Below are positions 36,283-48,088 of a stretch of 64,000 bases of DNA, one piece after another. The stretch lies in the NCBI GenBank assembly GCA_013115145.1, contig JAAPAO010000129.1:1-64000 (forward strand), written 5' to 3'. The DNA is from Perkinsus chesapeaki ATCC PRA-425 (lineage: Eukaryota > Protista > Perkinsozoa). The translations under genes and the position numbers were made by a program. A model generated the notes under the pieces. It searched no databases and was not told where the DNA came from. It worked only from the letters and a program-made list of their open reading frames with translations. Position 1 is the stretch's first letter, and each line of letters opens with the position of its first letter.

Positions 36283-37988
36283 ATGATGGCGCGCCGCGTC
36301 CATCAATTTGCTATGTTTTTAACCGTACCATGGAATACCTACATCAGAGCAGCAGCGTCACCTCGGCTATCTTTCCTATATGCTCGGAGGGCCTTCACCT
36401 CGACCTCAGAACTGAACGCTGGAGGCCAGACAGCCAATGAAACGCCGCCCAAACTTAGCATTACACCGCTAGAGATCGCCGGCCTTCCAGGTGGGACTTG
36501 ATTATTACTATGGGTTAGTGTTTTTAGTGCTCAAGTTCAAAGGAAGGGTAATGCTTATTGATACTAAAGAGGAGGATGAGAGGGCTGCTATTGCCTTCGA
36601 TAATGAGACACTATTGGGCTTTGACAGTGAGACCAAGCCAAGTCTAGTGCCTGGTGTCACCAACAAAACTGCTATCATACAGGTAAAGGTGGAGCTCGAC
36701 ATGACTCGATCTGATACTACTTGTCATATTTCCTTCTGTCGCACTAGAGTATCTGGGTCCCCATTTAGGTAGCATCAGCATCGGTATGTGGCATTTGGCG
36801 TGTACGAGAGCTGGATGCCTTGCCGCCCACCTTAGCCAGGCTGCTCACAGACCCTACCATAATCAAGGCCAGCCAAGGCGCTACCCCAGAGGTTGCCACG
36901 GTTTATAGGGAATTTTCCGGTACACTGGGGGAAATGAGAGCCTTCTTGAGGTGTTGTAGGTCTGAAATGCCAAGGCTTTGTAGACCTGCATCTGCTGGCG
37001 ATGGGCCTCCGCTGCAACCCTCGTAGCCTTCAAGGCCTCTGTGCTCTATTCCTACATAAGAGGTTGCTGAAGGCCGAACGTATATCCAACTGGGAGCAGG
37101 TAAGTGCTAGAGAGCAGGAAGACGTAATTGCGGTGTACTGAGATACCATTGAGCCCGAGCCAGTTGGAGTATGCTGCAACCGATGCCTGGGTATCACGGC
37201 AAGTTCTGGAGGCTATGAGAGCTGCATTCAACGTCGATAAGTACTATTGGGGACGGAGGTGGGCCTTGGTACTGTTGGGTAGGTTGAGCTTCGAGCGACC
37301 GGTCAATCCAGACGACTTGGGCCTTGTCCCCCGGTCCCCTGTATCAGTCCAGCAGCCCCTTCGGGTAGTCCCTTTTGGCCCGTCCAAGGCTACTCTACAC
37401 CAGATACCGTTTAAGACTAGCTCGAAGGCAGCAGCAGGTTCATCGTCAGAGTCCACTGCAGCCAACCCCTCTACAGCGGCGGGTATGAAGGCCCTGGCCA
37501 ATCTGTGCGTTGAGAAAGCTTATGTTCTCACCGTGGAGTCATTCGAGCCGGCTATGGGTAATAGGGTAGCGGAACAGCTCCAGATCTCGGGCATCCTTCA
37601 GGTGGCTTCCGATGCTTACTAAAAGTCAACTTGCGCCACAACGGCCGTCCGCACGTTCTTCAATGCCGATCAAATGAGGTACTATGCAGCGTCACGCGCC
37701 AGGAAATGAATGGACAGGTCCACACCTCTATACGAGCGGCCCAGGATGATGCCGCTGATGTAGCGTTGTCATCAATTCATGAAATAGTGGGCGCGCAAGA
37801 AACCGTCGCCGACCCTTCCTGAACACGCTGTTTCTGAGCAAGTTGTGCCGTGTTGGGAGTCCTGAGAACCTGCCAACCTTCACAGTATGGATGCCTTGCC
37901 TCCCCCACTGGACCTGAGGGCCCTTAGCGCCTTGGCTGCCTATCAGAACAAGCTGTCTGATGAGCTGAAGAAGGCCGAGGCTGTGTAA
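36283..37988 (+). CDS. WRN/EXD-type DEDD 3'-5' exonuclease with C-terminal dsRBD-like domain, multi-exon
   Basis: ExoI LLGFDSETKP, NKTAIIQ|VAS, SNWEQ|...LSPSQLEYAATDAW (ExoIII); C-terminal GFRCLLKVNLRH...HTSIRAAQDDAADVALSSI resembles a dsRBD; Arg-rich, acid-free N-terminus. Confidence 0.8.
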
Positions 37989-38292
37989 TACGGGGGGCTG
38001 GGCGATGAGGCAGAGTGAGCTATCAGATATGAAAGCAACCCGATACTTGCTGTATGCATTGCGACTAAGATAAGTTTACAACAACGTAAAGTAGCCAATA
38101 AAATGAAGGTCGTCGGTAATCGATATCTTGCGGGTCTAGCGGACTTCGAGCGTCGACTCAGCGGTAGGCATTGTCGTCAACTAGGGCATCCACTCGATAC
38201 CATTCAGTCTCTGACCCTCGGGACCGATCGGGGGACCATACCTCGGGCGAAGTGCTGATGACGCAACCTGAAGGTTATAACTGATATATGTT

Positions 38293-39057
38293 TTGGTGAG
38301 GATTCATTCAGATGTCGCCTGCAGTAGTCCATCTCCCTCGGCCGGCTCCACAGCTTCCTCCTCACCATCTTCGCAGGAGCTGGTGATGCCGTCGACAAGC
38401 TCTGTTGAATCTGCACAGCGATACCCATCTGAGTCGTCTCACAATAACATGTCGGAGGCAAGCTTCTCTCGAACAGGGCGCGGCAAGAAAGCTGTTCATA
38501 GAGCATGCGAGGTCCCAGGCTGCGAGAAGCTGGCTCGAGGGGTCGGTCCTCAGTCACGCCGATGTGCTGGCCATGGTGGAGGCCACCGATGCTTCTGTGG
38601 TAAGGTGGCTCGAGGCTCCACCAAGTACTGTGGTACACATGGGGGTGGTCGCCGGTGCCAGCAGGAGGGTTGCCGAAGCGGAGCGGCTGGGGCCAGCAAC
38701 TATTGTATAACCCACGGTGGAGGGAAACGATGTTCGATGCTCGACTGTACTAAGGCGGCATGCAGCAGATCGGATAGATGCTTCGAGCACGGTGGTGGGC
38801 GAAGATGTGAACGTGAAGGTTGCAATCGTGGGGCAATTGGTAGTACTAAGTTTTGTATCAAACATGGAGGAGGCAAACGGTGCATGTTGGAAGGGTGCGA
38901 CAAGGGTGCGGTTGCCGGAGGCTATTGTGTGAGGCACGGTGGCACCAGCGGCAAAAGTTCGAATCAGCAGCGCCGGCCTCCTCCTGAGGTGCCGCTGGCC
39001 ATGGTACTGGCCACGGACCTGGCCCGGCAGGAGGCTAAGATGGAGAATGATGAGTAG
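38293..39057 (+). CDS. Cys/His 'HGGG' repeat protein (WRKY19-like CxxxGCxKxA...CxxHGGG repeats)
   Basis: Five full repeats ending CAGHGGG, CGTHGGG, CITHGGG, CFEHGGG and CIKHGGG, plus a partial CVRHGG, in one exon. Confidence 0.85.
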   Translation: MVRIHSDVACSSPSPSAGSTASSSPSSQELVMPSTSSVESAQRYPSESSHNNMSEASFSRTGRGKKAVHRACEVPGCEKLARGVGPQSRRCAGHGGGHRCFCGKVARGSTKYCGTHGGGRRCQQEGCRSGAAGASNYCITHGGGKRCSMLDCTKAACSRSDRCFEHGGGRRCEREGCNRGAIGSTKFCIKHGGGKRCMLEGCDKGAVAGGYCVRHGGTSGKSSNQQRRPPPEVPLAMVLATDLARQEAKMENDE

Positions 39058-39122
39058 CAGTTATGATGAATGTTGATGTTGTGCTCTTTCTTAATACTCA
39101 ACAACATGAATAGCATGTTTCA

Positions 39123-42100
39123 ATGCCATACAGTAGTTGTGCTACTAGTATCCAGAACCTCACGAGTGGTAGAACCATGACCCATGCGATAGGAAGCATA
39201 GATGCCGACTCTGAACAGTGGTGCCAGGATGTTGCATTCTCGGCAACGGCTGTGGTGGTGGCCACGGAGCAGGCTAAGGAGGTTGTGTGGCAGGCTCACA
39301 AAATGACAATACCACGTACTCACCAGGACAAGAAGGGGACCAATCGACCTTGGTGTATCTTTTAGAGCTTCTCCAGCCATTTGGTGGCTACTACACCCCT
39401 GTGACAGTGCAGGTTCGCACTGGCGGCCGGGCGAGGCAGATCGAGGTGAGCAGGTTAGATGATAGTGGTGTTGTCCATCCCATTGTAGGGTTTCCGATTG
39501 CGCTTCATATCGACTGAAGATGCCAGTGAGGTCCCAGAGTCCATAGCCCAGGATCGGGCAGCAGAGGCTTTTGCAACCTGCATGCCCCAGCAGGAAGAGA
39601 GTACGTTCGGCAGCCCTCTAGCCCTCGTCCGCTAATCGCCACTCTTCAGGTCAAACCTTCAGCAGTGCCACCCCACCTCGGTTCGATGCATGGCTCGGCT
39701 CTGAAGCAGCATCTCTAGCCTTCAGTGACCATGAGTAGGCATCACACTTCTACCCCTCACTACCCTCACGCTCCCCCAGGTGTATATCTCAACCTTTGGC
39801 TACAGTGCTGGTTGCCTCCACTAGCTCTCTTGAGCCTAGTCTAGACGGCAGCCAAGAGACAGTGGACCCAGTGCAGGCCTTTGAACAGTTAATGCATGAG
39901 GCTAATATGCCAACCCTCGCTCGGAGGGGCATCCTGGATCCAGATGCTGCCAGAATGAAGGTGAGCTATCCTCAGTGCCGACAGTGCTCCTCAGTGCCGA
40001 CTCGCAGGTTCTTATTCACGACCCTGCTAGGGCGCCTCCGGGGGTTGACCTGGATGCCTTGGTGGATAGGATGCGGAGCACCTACTCCCCTCAGAGTTGC
40101 TTCCTTTTGGTTATCGGCGACGGACCAACTGCCTTGCCTGACGTGAAAGCCTTATTTCAGTAGTGAGGCCATGCCCGACCTTCAATGGACTGTTCTCTCA
40201 GACGGGACCCCTTCGCATCCTCTATTATCGATGATGACATCGCTGTTGGGATCGAATGGACGGAAGTAGATGAGCTTCAACGCTTAGGTGATCAGTATGA
40301 TATAAGGGCAACGTAGTGCAACTGCAATACTACTACCAAACTGTGTCTCCTATTAAACACATATAGACAGACCATTGGACACTTCCGTTTACCGGCCATC
40401 TGTCATCAATCTTGTTGTAGGTACTGCCATTGTGTGCCAATGTGCTGCACCGTGGGCCGAGAGGAAGCTGGCGGAGCTCGATGATAATATATCGCTTAAG
40501 AGGAAAGGCTTCAGGAACGCCTTCAGTCGGTTTTTACGCAAACCAAACTTGCCGGGAACGGAGGCCATCGGTGGCCCAGTAGGGGATAGCCGTGGGCAAA
40601 GTGAGCTTGAACAACGACGGTGGTGGCCTTATCAGTTATTAATGCAGATGTGCAGTCTCGTCCAGGGGCGTCCAATACCTACACCTTAGCCAACCTTGAA
40701 TGGCAGATTCGACTAGCTGGCGATCTCGCCTTCCATCTCCGGGACTACTCCCAAGCAGTGGCCTATTATAGGCAGGTTACACCGGACTTCAAACAGGACC
40801 ATCAGTGGGGGGTGGCCGCTGGGGCTTATGAGATGTCGGCTGTGGCCGCATGGCTGGAACAGATCTCCACTGGTGGGGACGGTGGGGTCCCTCTTACGGA
40901 GATTTCAAGATTCGTGGACAATGCTATCGACCTCTACAAGAAGGCTGGACCACGGTATTACAGACATGCGATAAGGTGAGGAACACTTAACCGAGGGAAG
41001 GGAGGCAACTCCTGGTTTAGGGCTGCTGTCATACAATCAGCCATCTTGCGGGGGCATGTAGAGAGCCCTCAGAAGCTGCTAAAGGTCAACGGGGACATCC
41101 CTGATGCAGGGTTAAGGTGCGCTCTGCTCCTTGAGAGATCAGCGAGGCTGCAGAGGGACGCTGGACAGGTAAGGCGCGGACCGTGGAGGGGGAGAATAGC
41201 CTCTCCTCCTGGTCAGGTCCGTAAAATGTGCTTCCATCTGGTCCTTGCTGGCCATACGTACAATAAGGCCGGTTATAAGCAGTGGGCCTTGGCGTAATAA
41301 TGCCGCCTTGGCTAGTTGAACTGTGTGGCATTTAGGTGCTATAAGGCAGTGGTGCCGGAGTATGTTGGTAAGGGATGGACACATATAACAGATCATCTAC
41401 TCTTTACTATGGCCAAGCAGACCTTTGCCCTCGGTGACGCGACCAAGAGCATACACTACTTCACAGACTTGTTCAATTCTATCACTTTACAGAAGGACAC
41501 CCGATCTCCTATATCAATATCCAAGCAACATAACTATCTCAAAGGCTTCCTCTACGTCCTTCGAAGCCAGTACGGTAAGGAGGTAGCAGATGTTCCACCA
41601 GCTGATAGAGTTCAGGTCATCCTCCCAAGGGTGAGCATCGCTGCAGTGTCGTCTGCAAGGGGGTATACAGGTGGCTTCAGGTTCGGCTTGGCAGCATCGG
41701 TACCAACGTCGGCGAGGCCCTTGAGATGCTGGGGCCTCGTGGAACCGATTCGGATCTCAATACAAGCGATGCGATCAGCTTCACCAATCGGCCAGTCGAG
41801 ACTGAGCTTGAGAGCTGGGGCGCCATATGCGGTCTGGGCCCGGATGTGGACAAGGCGCCCGCTGACGACACTGATGTCATTCTTGTTGGACAGACGACCT
41901 CCACCGTCCTCACAGTGGCCAACCCTCTGCAGATCCCAGTCGAGCTTACGGACCTTCGTTTGGTGTTCGAGGATTCCAAGCTGGTAGACTCATCTGTGGC
42001 AGAGCCCATTAAACTGGATGGTGACCAGTTCATGAGTGTGAAGTTTAGTATAACCCCTCGTGGCACTGGTAGGGTTGTTCTTACCGGAGCTCAGTGGGTT

Positions 42101-43105
42101 CTCGATCACACCGCACCGTGCGTGTGGACTTGTCCAAAAGAAGGTCGGCCATCAATTACTGTGGTAGACAGCATGCCATTGATACGAGCTACACTGCCCG
42201 GTCTAAGAGGCGAGGCTGCTGAGTTACTCGACGGCGAACTAAAGCGTCCCATCATCACCCTTACGAACGTTGGCACCGAGACGATTGACAAGGTTGAGTG
42301 GTTCTATTCTCATCAAGACAAGGCCATAGCTATCAGCTCACAGGGCAGAGAGGCATCGGCTCGCCCGCTAGAGGTTGGGGCTTCTATTGAGGTTCCCTTT
42401 ACTATTCGCGGCCATCATGTCGGTCACCACAGGGTTCGTATTGCAGCACGTGGCACGGGTTGTAGTGGTAGACTTACGTGGACATGTCTCGAAAGAGATG
42501 TTTTCGTTCATCCTGGAGTCCAAGTTAAACTCGCCGGTGTCGGTGCGCCCAAGACCGGCCCTCGTCGATCCATACAGGTCCCGATCCGGTGCATAGTAAC
42601 AAACTCCTCGCCTTCCTCGCCAATTACTCTGGACAAGACTGGCCCGCTTGACGTTTACCCTTCCAGTGGTCTGGGGGCTCTTCAAGTTGAGGAAGCCTTG
42701 CCTATTGATGCGGAGAGCTTGGGCCCGGGCAAATGCATGCAAATTATTAACTGGGTGACCCTCGGTGGCGATTACTCCTCAATGGCCTCCGAAGGTGGCG
42801 ACTTTCTCCTTAACGAAGCGAAGGCTGCGCACGACTTATCGGCCACGAAGAAGACCAAAACTTTTGGTGGTTTGGGTTTGCATATGCCCCCTACTTTACG
42901 GAAGGCATGTTCACGGCAACAACCGTCTGAACACTATCACATAGTTCTTAACTGGACAATTCCCGAAACAAATCGGTGCGGTCAATCGTTCTGCCCCAAT
43001 GTGAGCTTATCGCACTCCAATCGTGCAGACCAGCAGCCTGTCACTGACGAGCGACGACGGCCGTTGGACAGCAGCACTTTGAAGACATTGACTGGTCTTG
43101 TGTAA
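39123..43105 (+). CDS. TRAPPC8: TRAPP III subunit TRAPPC8/Trs85 homologue, multi-exon
   Basis: Motifs RLAGDLAFHLRDYSQA, AAGAYEM, ALLLERSA, KMCFHLVLAGHTYNKAGYK, WTHITDHLLFTMAKQ, followed by Ig-like C-terminal domains (VANPLQIPVELTDLRL). Confidence 0.8.
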
Positions 43106-43489
43106 CTGTTTTTACAACATTTCTGTTAGTCTGTGCGTGTTTGGTTCACTTGAAAACACAAGCTATGATGCAATATGAATGCCGATGGACATACTTGTGT
43201 AAGTCGGCAACATGCAACCACCAAAGCTCCTGTACAAACGGTTGAGAGGAACAATCATACAAACTGACAAGTGGAATCAACGAGACACATTCTAGTTGCC
43301 TTCACCTCTGCACCGTAAAGGTCCATTCTAGGCCTGTCCGGGCCGAAGGGAACCTGGGCTCGACGATGGCAAAGACGTAACAGCCGACCTGAAGCGAGGT
43401 CCTTAAATCATCACTTGTCGCCCTCACCAGCTGATCGTGGGATTGTGATATTTCGCGAGATGCCGACGTTAGGCTCAATTTTATGCATT

Positions 43490-45167
43490 CACCAGAACCA
43501 TCTGAAATGATAATATATTAAATTGTTGTAAGGTGTCTGCTGATCCTCACCGTCCAGCCAAATGCATCCGTCAGCTGTAGAGGCAATGACGATCCCACAC
43601 AATGAGACTGTCTGGAGAGAGGCGTTGTTGAACGGTTCTGTTGCAGCTGTCGATCGCTGTTTGGAAGCTACGAGTTGTGAAATGAGAAGTGGCAATGCCG
43701 GTAGAGGGAGGGCCGAGTCATCGCTCATGTGTGATACTTGGTATTACTGTAGCGACTTGTATTGTGAATGAGACTATCCAACTCGACAGTGGGAGGAGTA
43801 CTAATCAAATCTGTCCGATCATTCGGCGAAGATACGCCACTGTAGGTTTAAATAAAATCACAGGTTGGCACTATATCAAGTGGCAAATGGTACATAAAAC
43901 GTCCACGAAAATAGGAAGGAATCGCAATAGGCTACTCGCGCTTTGGTGGAATCGCTGACATACGGTATTCCAGTAGCTCCTGAGGGGAGGAATACGTCAC
44001 AATGGCCCATGTATGGTAGCAACAACAACAACGCTCACCTTGATCTCACTGTGGGACATCTGCCCACTGAGATCGACAAATAGTGTCGCCAATCGATCAA
44101 GATTGTTAGTAATAATGAGGATGAATATCTCAAATGCTTGAGTGCCACGGAAGACTGTCGCCTTGTGTTTTTTATAAGTCTCTATCTCCTTTTCGAACAT
44201 CCTAATAATGCCATATACACCGGTAATGGCTCGAGCAGCTGCTTACTTGGGGTGATCTGCATACCAAAGCGTGGGATGTTGATGATGGACCACATGGAAG
44301 TCGGCCTCGAACGTCTGAGATTGGAACGGAAGTCGCTCCAAGATATTAATGAAGAGGGGAGCAACCGTACATTATAGTGGCCATCCAGAATTGTTATACT
44401 TGTTATATAATCGTTATCGGGGTCCTTCGGGTCGACCCAGGCGTGCCAGGTGTAATTGATAGCAGCCTGAGAAAAATGGGTTGCCGTGAACGACCCCATT
44501 CGTTAAGGTTGAGACAGGGTTGTCTTTGACGCCTCTGAGTTGTTACCAATAGTGTGACGGCTTCCAAATGTGGATACACCCAATAAGCCAAGGCGAAGCG
44601 CCAGTTGACGAGCAACATCATCGCCATTATACCGTAGTAAACTAACGTACCTGATTTCGGTCATCTCGGGGGAAACCAGACTAAACAACTTACCACGGAA
44701 TTGTTTCCAAGCGAGGGCTTTCTCCCCTCTTCCATAAAGATGCCACGAAACACTGAGACCAGACCAGAACCTACTCAGACCAATAGCGCTGCACTGCGAA
44801 CAAGGAGCCGCCGAACAAGCGTCTTACAGGTAGAACTTCCCAAGATACGCCACGAATTGTAGGGGACTCCTTCTGTCATATTCCAAAGTGGCAGAGTCGT
44901 CCAATATACCATTATTATATCTGACAATGATGATCGATAAGGTTCGGAGCTAACAGAGTGATAATTGGCACTTATGATGAACCTTATTGTGGCCAACTTT
45001 ATATCCTTCAGGGACACCACCATAGAACATAAATGACCACCATTCGATAATTCTGTTGAATATTCTCCATCGACCCTTGAACATTGGCACTGATGCGTGT
45101 GCCTCAATGTGAACCTAGTAATAAGGATAATAAAACTAACGCTGTTGTTGTTCACCCACCATAGCAT
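43490..45167 (-). CDS. Probable hypothetical protein, multi-exon
   Basis: Several minus-strand ORFs (44775-45167, 44182-44499, 43997-44200) separated by intron-sized gaps; no recognisable domain. Confidence 0.3.
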
Positions 45168-45397
45168 GCGTGCAAGCGAAAAATGTGAAGTAAGGTCCCA
45201 TCCGGAAAAGATGGTAGGTCAAAAAATGAGTTGGATTGACCATGAACCAACCATCATACGGTGACCGTCTTTCCATTATATAGATATACCTAAGAGTAGG
45301 ATTGGTGAAAGGAGCGGTATGAGATGTTACAGCATGAACGTGGGTACGACGAAAGCCAGGACGTGAGCTGGAAGGTAAATATAGGATCTTTCTTGGG

Positions 45398-46253
45398 TCA
45401 TAATGCTTCTAGCAATTGTCTTAAGAGCAGCTGTGCCTGAATCAGATACTGGCTCCCAAAGTGGCCCTTAGGCTCATCAATTCGACCTTTATTTTTAATT
45501 GATTCTCTTATTCGTTTAGGTGTCAGTGCACCCCACATTAACCTATTTAATATGGCATATATTAATATAGTGGTGGCAATCAAAGAGGCTGTTAGGGGAG
45601 CCGTGATAAGAAGGAGACTCGAGCTTAGTATTGCAACCTTGCTCATCGAGGCAGAGCTAGCAGTTGGTGTTCTCGAGATATCGGTACCTTAAAAGAGCGG
45701 CATCTCTCAATACCATGTCACAGTGACAGCTCACTGAGGGTTTGACATCTATTATTGAGCCATAACTTGTACAGCAGTATAACGAGTAGGTGGGTTGCGA
45801 CCAAAGTCTGATGATACACGGTCGAAAGGGTTAATAACACCACGGTCTTACCATAGCCTCCATGGGATCTCTATCAATGGCTAACACGAGTGCCGTGGTA
45901 ACCCAGTAAAGAGCTGCTGGTTGTGACAAGCCCAGAACTGTCCTCATTGACCCTCTGGGCTTGTTGAACTGCAGTCTCAGTGAAATGCAGGCGAAAACTG
46001 TGACCAGGTACCTGGATAACGAGATGCGTCAATGGTCGGCGAGTATCAATACCAGAGAGATGCCAGTAGAAGATATCCGCGTGGTGATGGGCGAGGCGCG
46101 ATGTCAACAGCAGGACTCAGCTTGTGTAAGACACCACGAAACCGTCCGTCTAGTAAACATAGTGACTGGAGACCTGCTAATGTTGCTACCTTGGCTCTGT
46201 AAACAGAAGGTTGCAACAAAAGCCCAGGATACTATCCAGTTGGTAGAAACCAT
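45398..46253 (-). CDS. Possible hypothetical secreted/membrane protein
   Basis: Signal-peptide-like start MVSTNWIVSWAFVATFCLQSQG; a downstream ORF (45398-45646) has a hydrophobic segment followed by basic residues. Exon structure unresolved. Confidence 0.25.
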
Positions 46254-48088
46254 AAGTTTAGTCTTCAAGCTAGTCACCCTAAAGCAAGATTCACGGAAAA
46301 TGGCGGATATAAGTCGCTCACCGTGAAGCTACGAAGAACATGCTCTTTAGGCTTCTGGTGTCGAAAGCCGCCGCTAGACATATCGCTGTGGCGATGAAAC
46401 CACAGACGAATACCATATCGAATGGAATATAGTAAGGCACCATGTTCATAAAACTGTTTAATGCGCACGCGTGCAAATCGGGTAGACAGAATTATGACCC
46501 AAGAGACACGCAAATGAAACTAGATCAAATAAACCATCATGTTTGCTTCACTATTTGGTGGTCCATGGTCTCATGTAGCCTCTTCTCAAGGTCGGCTATA
46601 CTCCTAAGTAATACAGTATCATTGAAGCCCGGCCATTCCTCCAGCGCATGCTGCTCAACTTCATGGACGACGCTCAGTAGGTTATTTCTGTTGGTGACGC
46701 CGCGATGCTGCGACCAAGCCATTGGCTGGTGAAGTGCCAAGAGAAAGCTCGTGATGTAGAAGTAAAACATAGAGATAACTTGCAGGACATCTGGCGTCGA
46801 ATGATTAATGTACATACTCAACAGATTTTGTCAGGCAGTATGCAGCTGCGGGCTTGCTGTCTCCTCTTTCGTTTGGTGGCTCAGAACCCAGTCTTTTCAG
46901 GGGCACCTCGGAAGCTTCGGAGAGGGTCTGCTTACACATTACAAGTAAAATAACGACGACTGATGCTGCACATAAAGCTATCAATGGGAAGCCTATCGGT
47001 AAAGTATGCGAGATCTAGGAATGCGCGGCCTGGACGGCCACGATCGATCGGTAAGTTACCGACGGTAACGCGAACTTGGAGATAGTTTTTTGCCATCGAA
47101 TTCTCCATACTCGATTTCGCATAAATCGAGCTTTCCCGGTGAAGCGTCTTGTGGCTCTAAACCGAGTGTTCCCAATGACAACTCTAACACTTCGGGGATG
47201 TTTTGGTTACTCATTAGGAAATGGGAGAAATAACGGCTAATGCGGGCTCAGATATCAGGCACAGCACCTACAACTACCCGAACTATGAATTATTACAGAG
47301 TGTTCTTATACACGCAAGTGCATCGCCTAAGCTCAGCGCAGGGTCGCCATGGAGCGGCGCGTCACGCCTGTGGGCGAAGAGGCCAAACTCGCTATCTCGA
47401 GGTCTTCAACAAACAGGAGGGGAAGGGGTAGACAGTAGGCGCAGAGCCGCAAATCGTGCGGGGCGCAACAGCCGGCTGCTGCACCGGCTCCACCTCCACT
47501 AAAGGGTGTTTCAAAACGTCGTAAGCGACTTTAGTCGCCCAGAAATCACTCAATACTTTGTGTTTTGAAATGAAACTCGGTGAAGGCCAATAGGATATCA
47601 GTACTAAGAAGTACCCAAAACGGCTCCTACTTTTCTGGCGCGTGACATAAGATACGCGTTCACAAAGGGCTCGTGTAAGACCTCATCTCAGTTACGATTT
47701 TTATAAAATGCTTTTGAATAGGGTACCCTCATTCCAGTAGCAACGTTCTTTTTCCCGTTTCTCAAAGCAAACTGCGTTACGCTGTGATCCGCGCTCCACG
47801 GTGACCAACAAACCACACAGAATGGGCGCACAGATGGGATGTCATCCGGTACTCCCTCCACGCAGGTTTCAACAGAGGTCCGCACCACTCTGAGGGTCGC
47901 AGGCCCTGTCCCAAGCGACGGACCACTCTTGAGGGCCTCGCAGGCCTTGTTCCCCCCTGTTGAGTAACTTTGTGGGAGGCAGAGGGGGGGAAAGGACGTC
48001 GGGCCGAGTGATAACGACTCCATGAGCTAGCCGGCCCTTAGAATATGCGCGCCAGTCTTCGCTCTGTCGATCGATTCGGTGTGAACAG

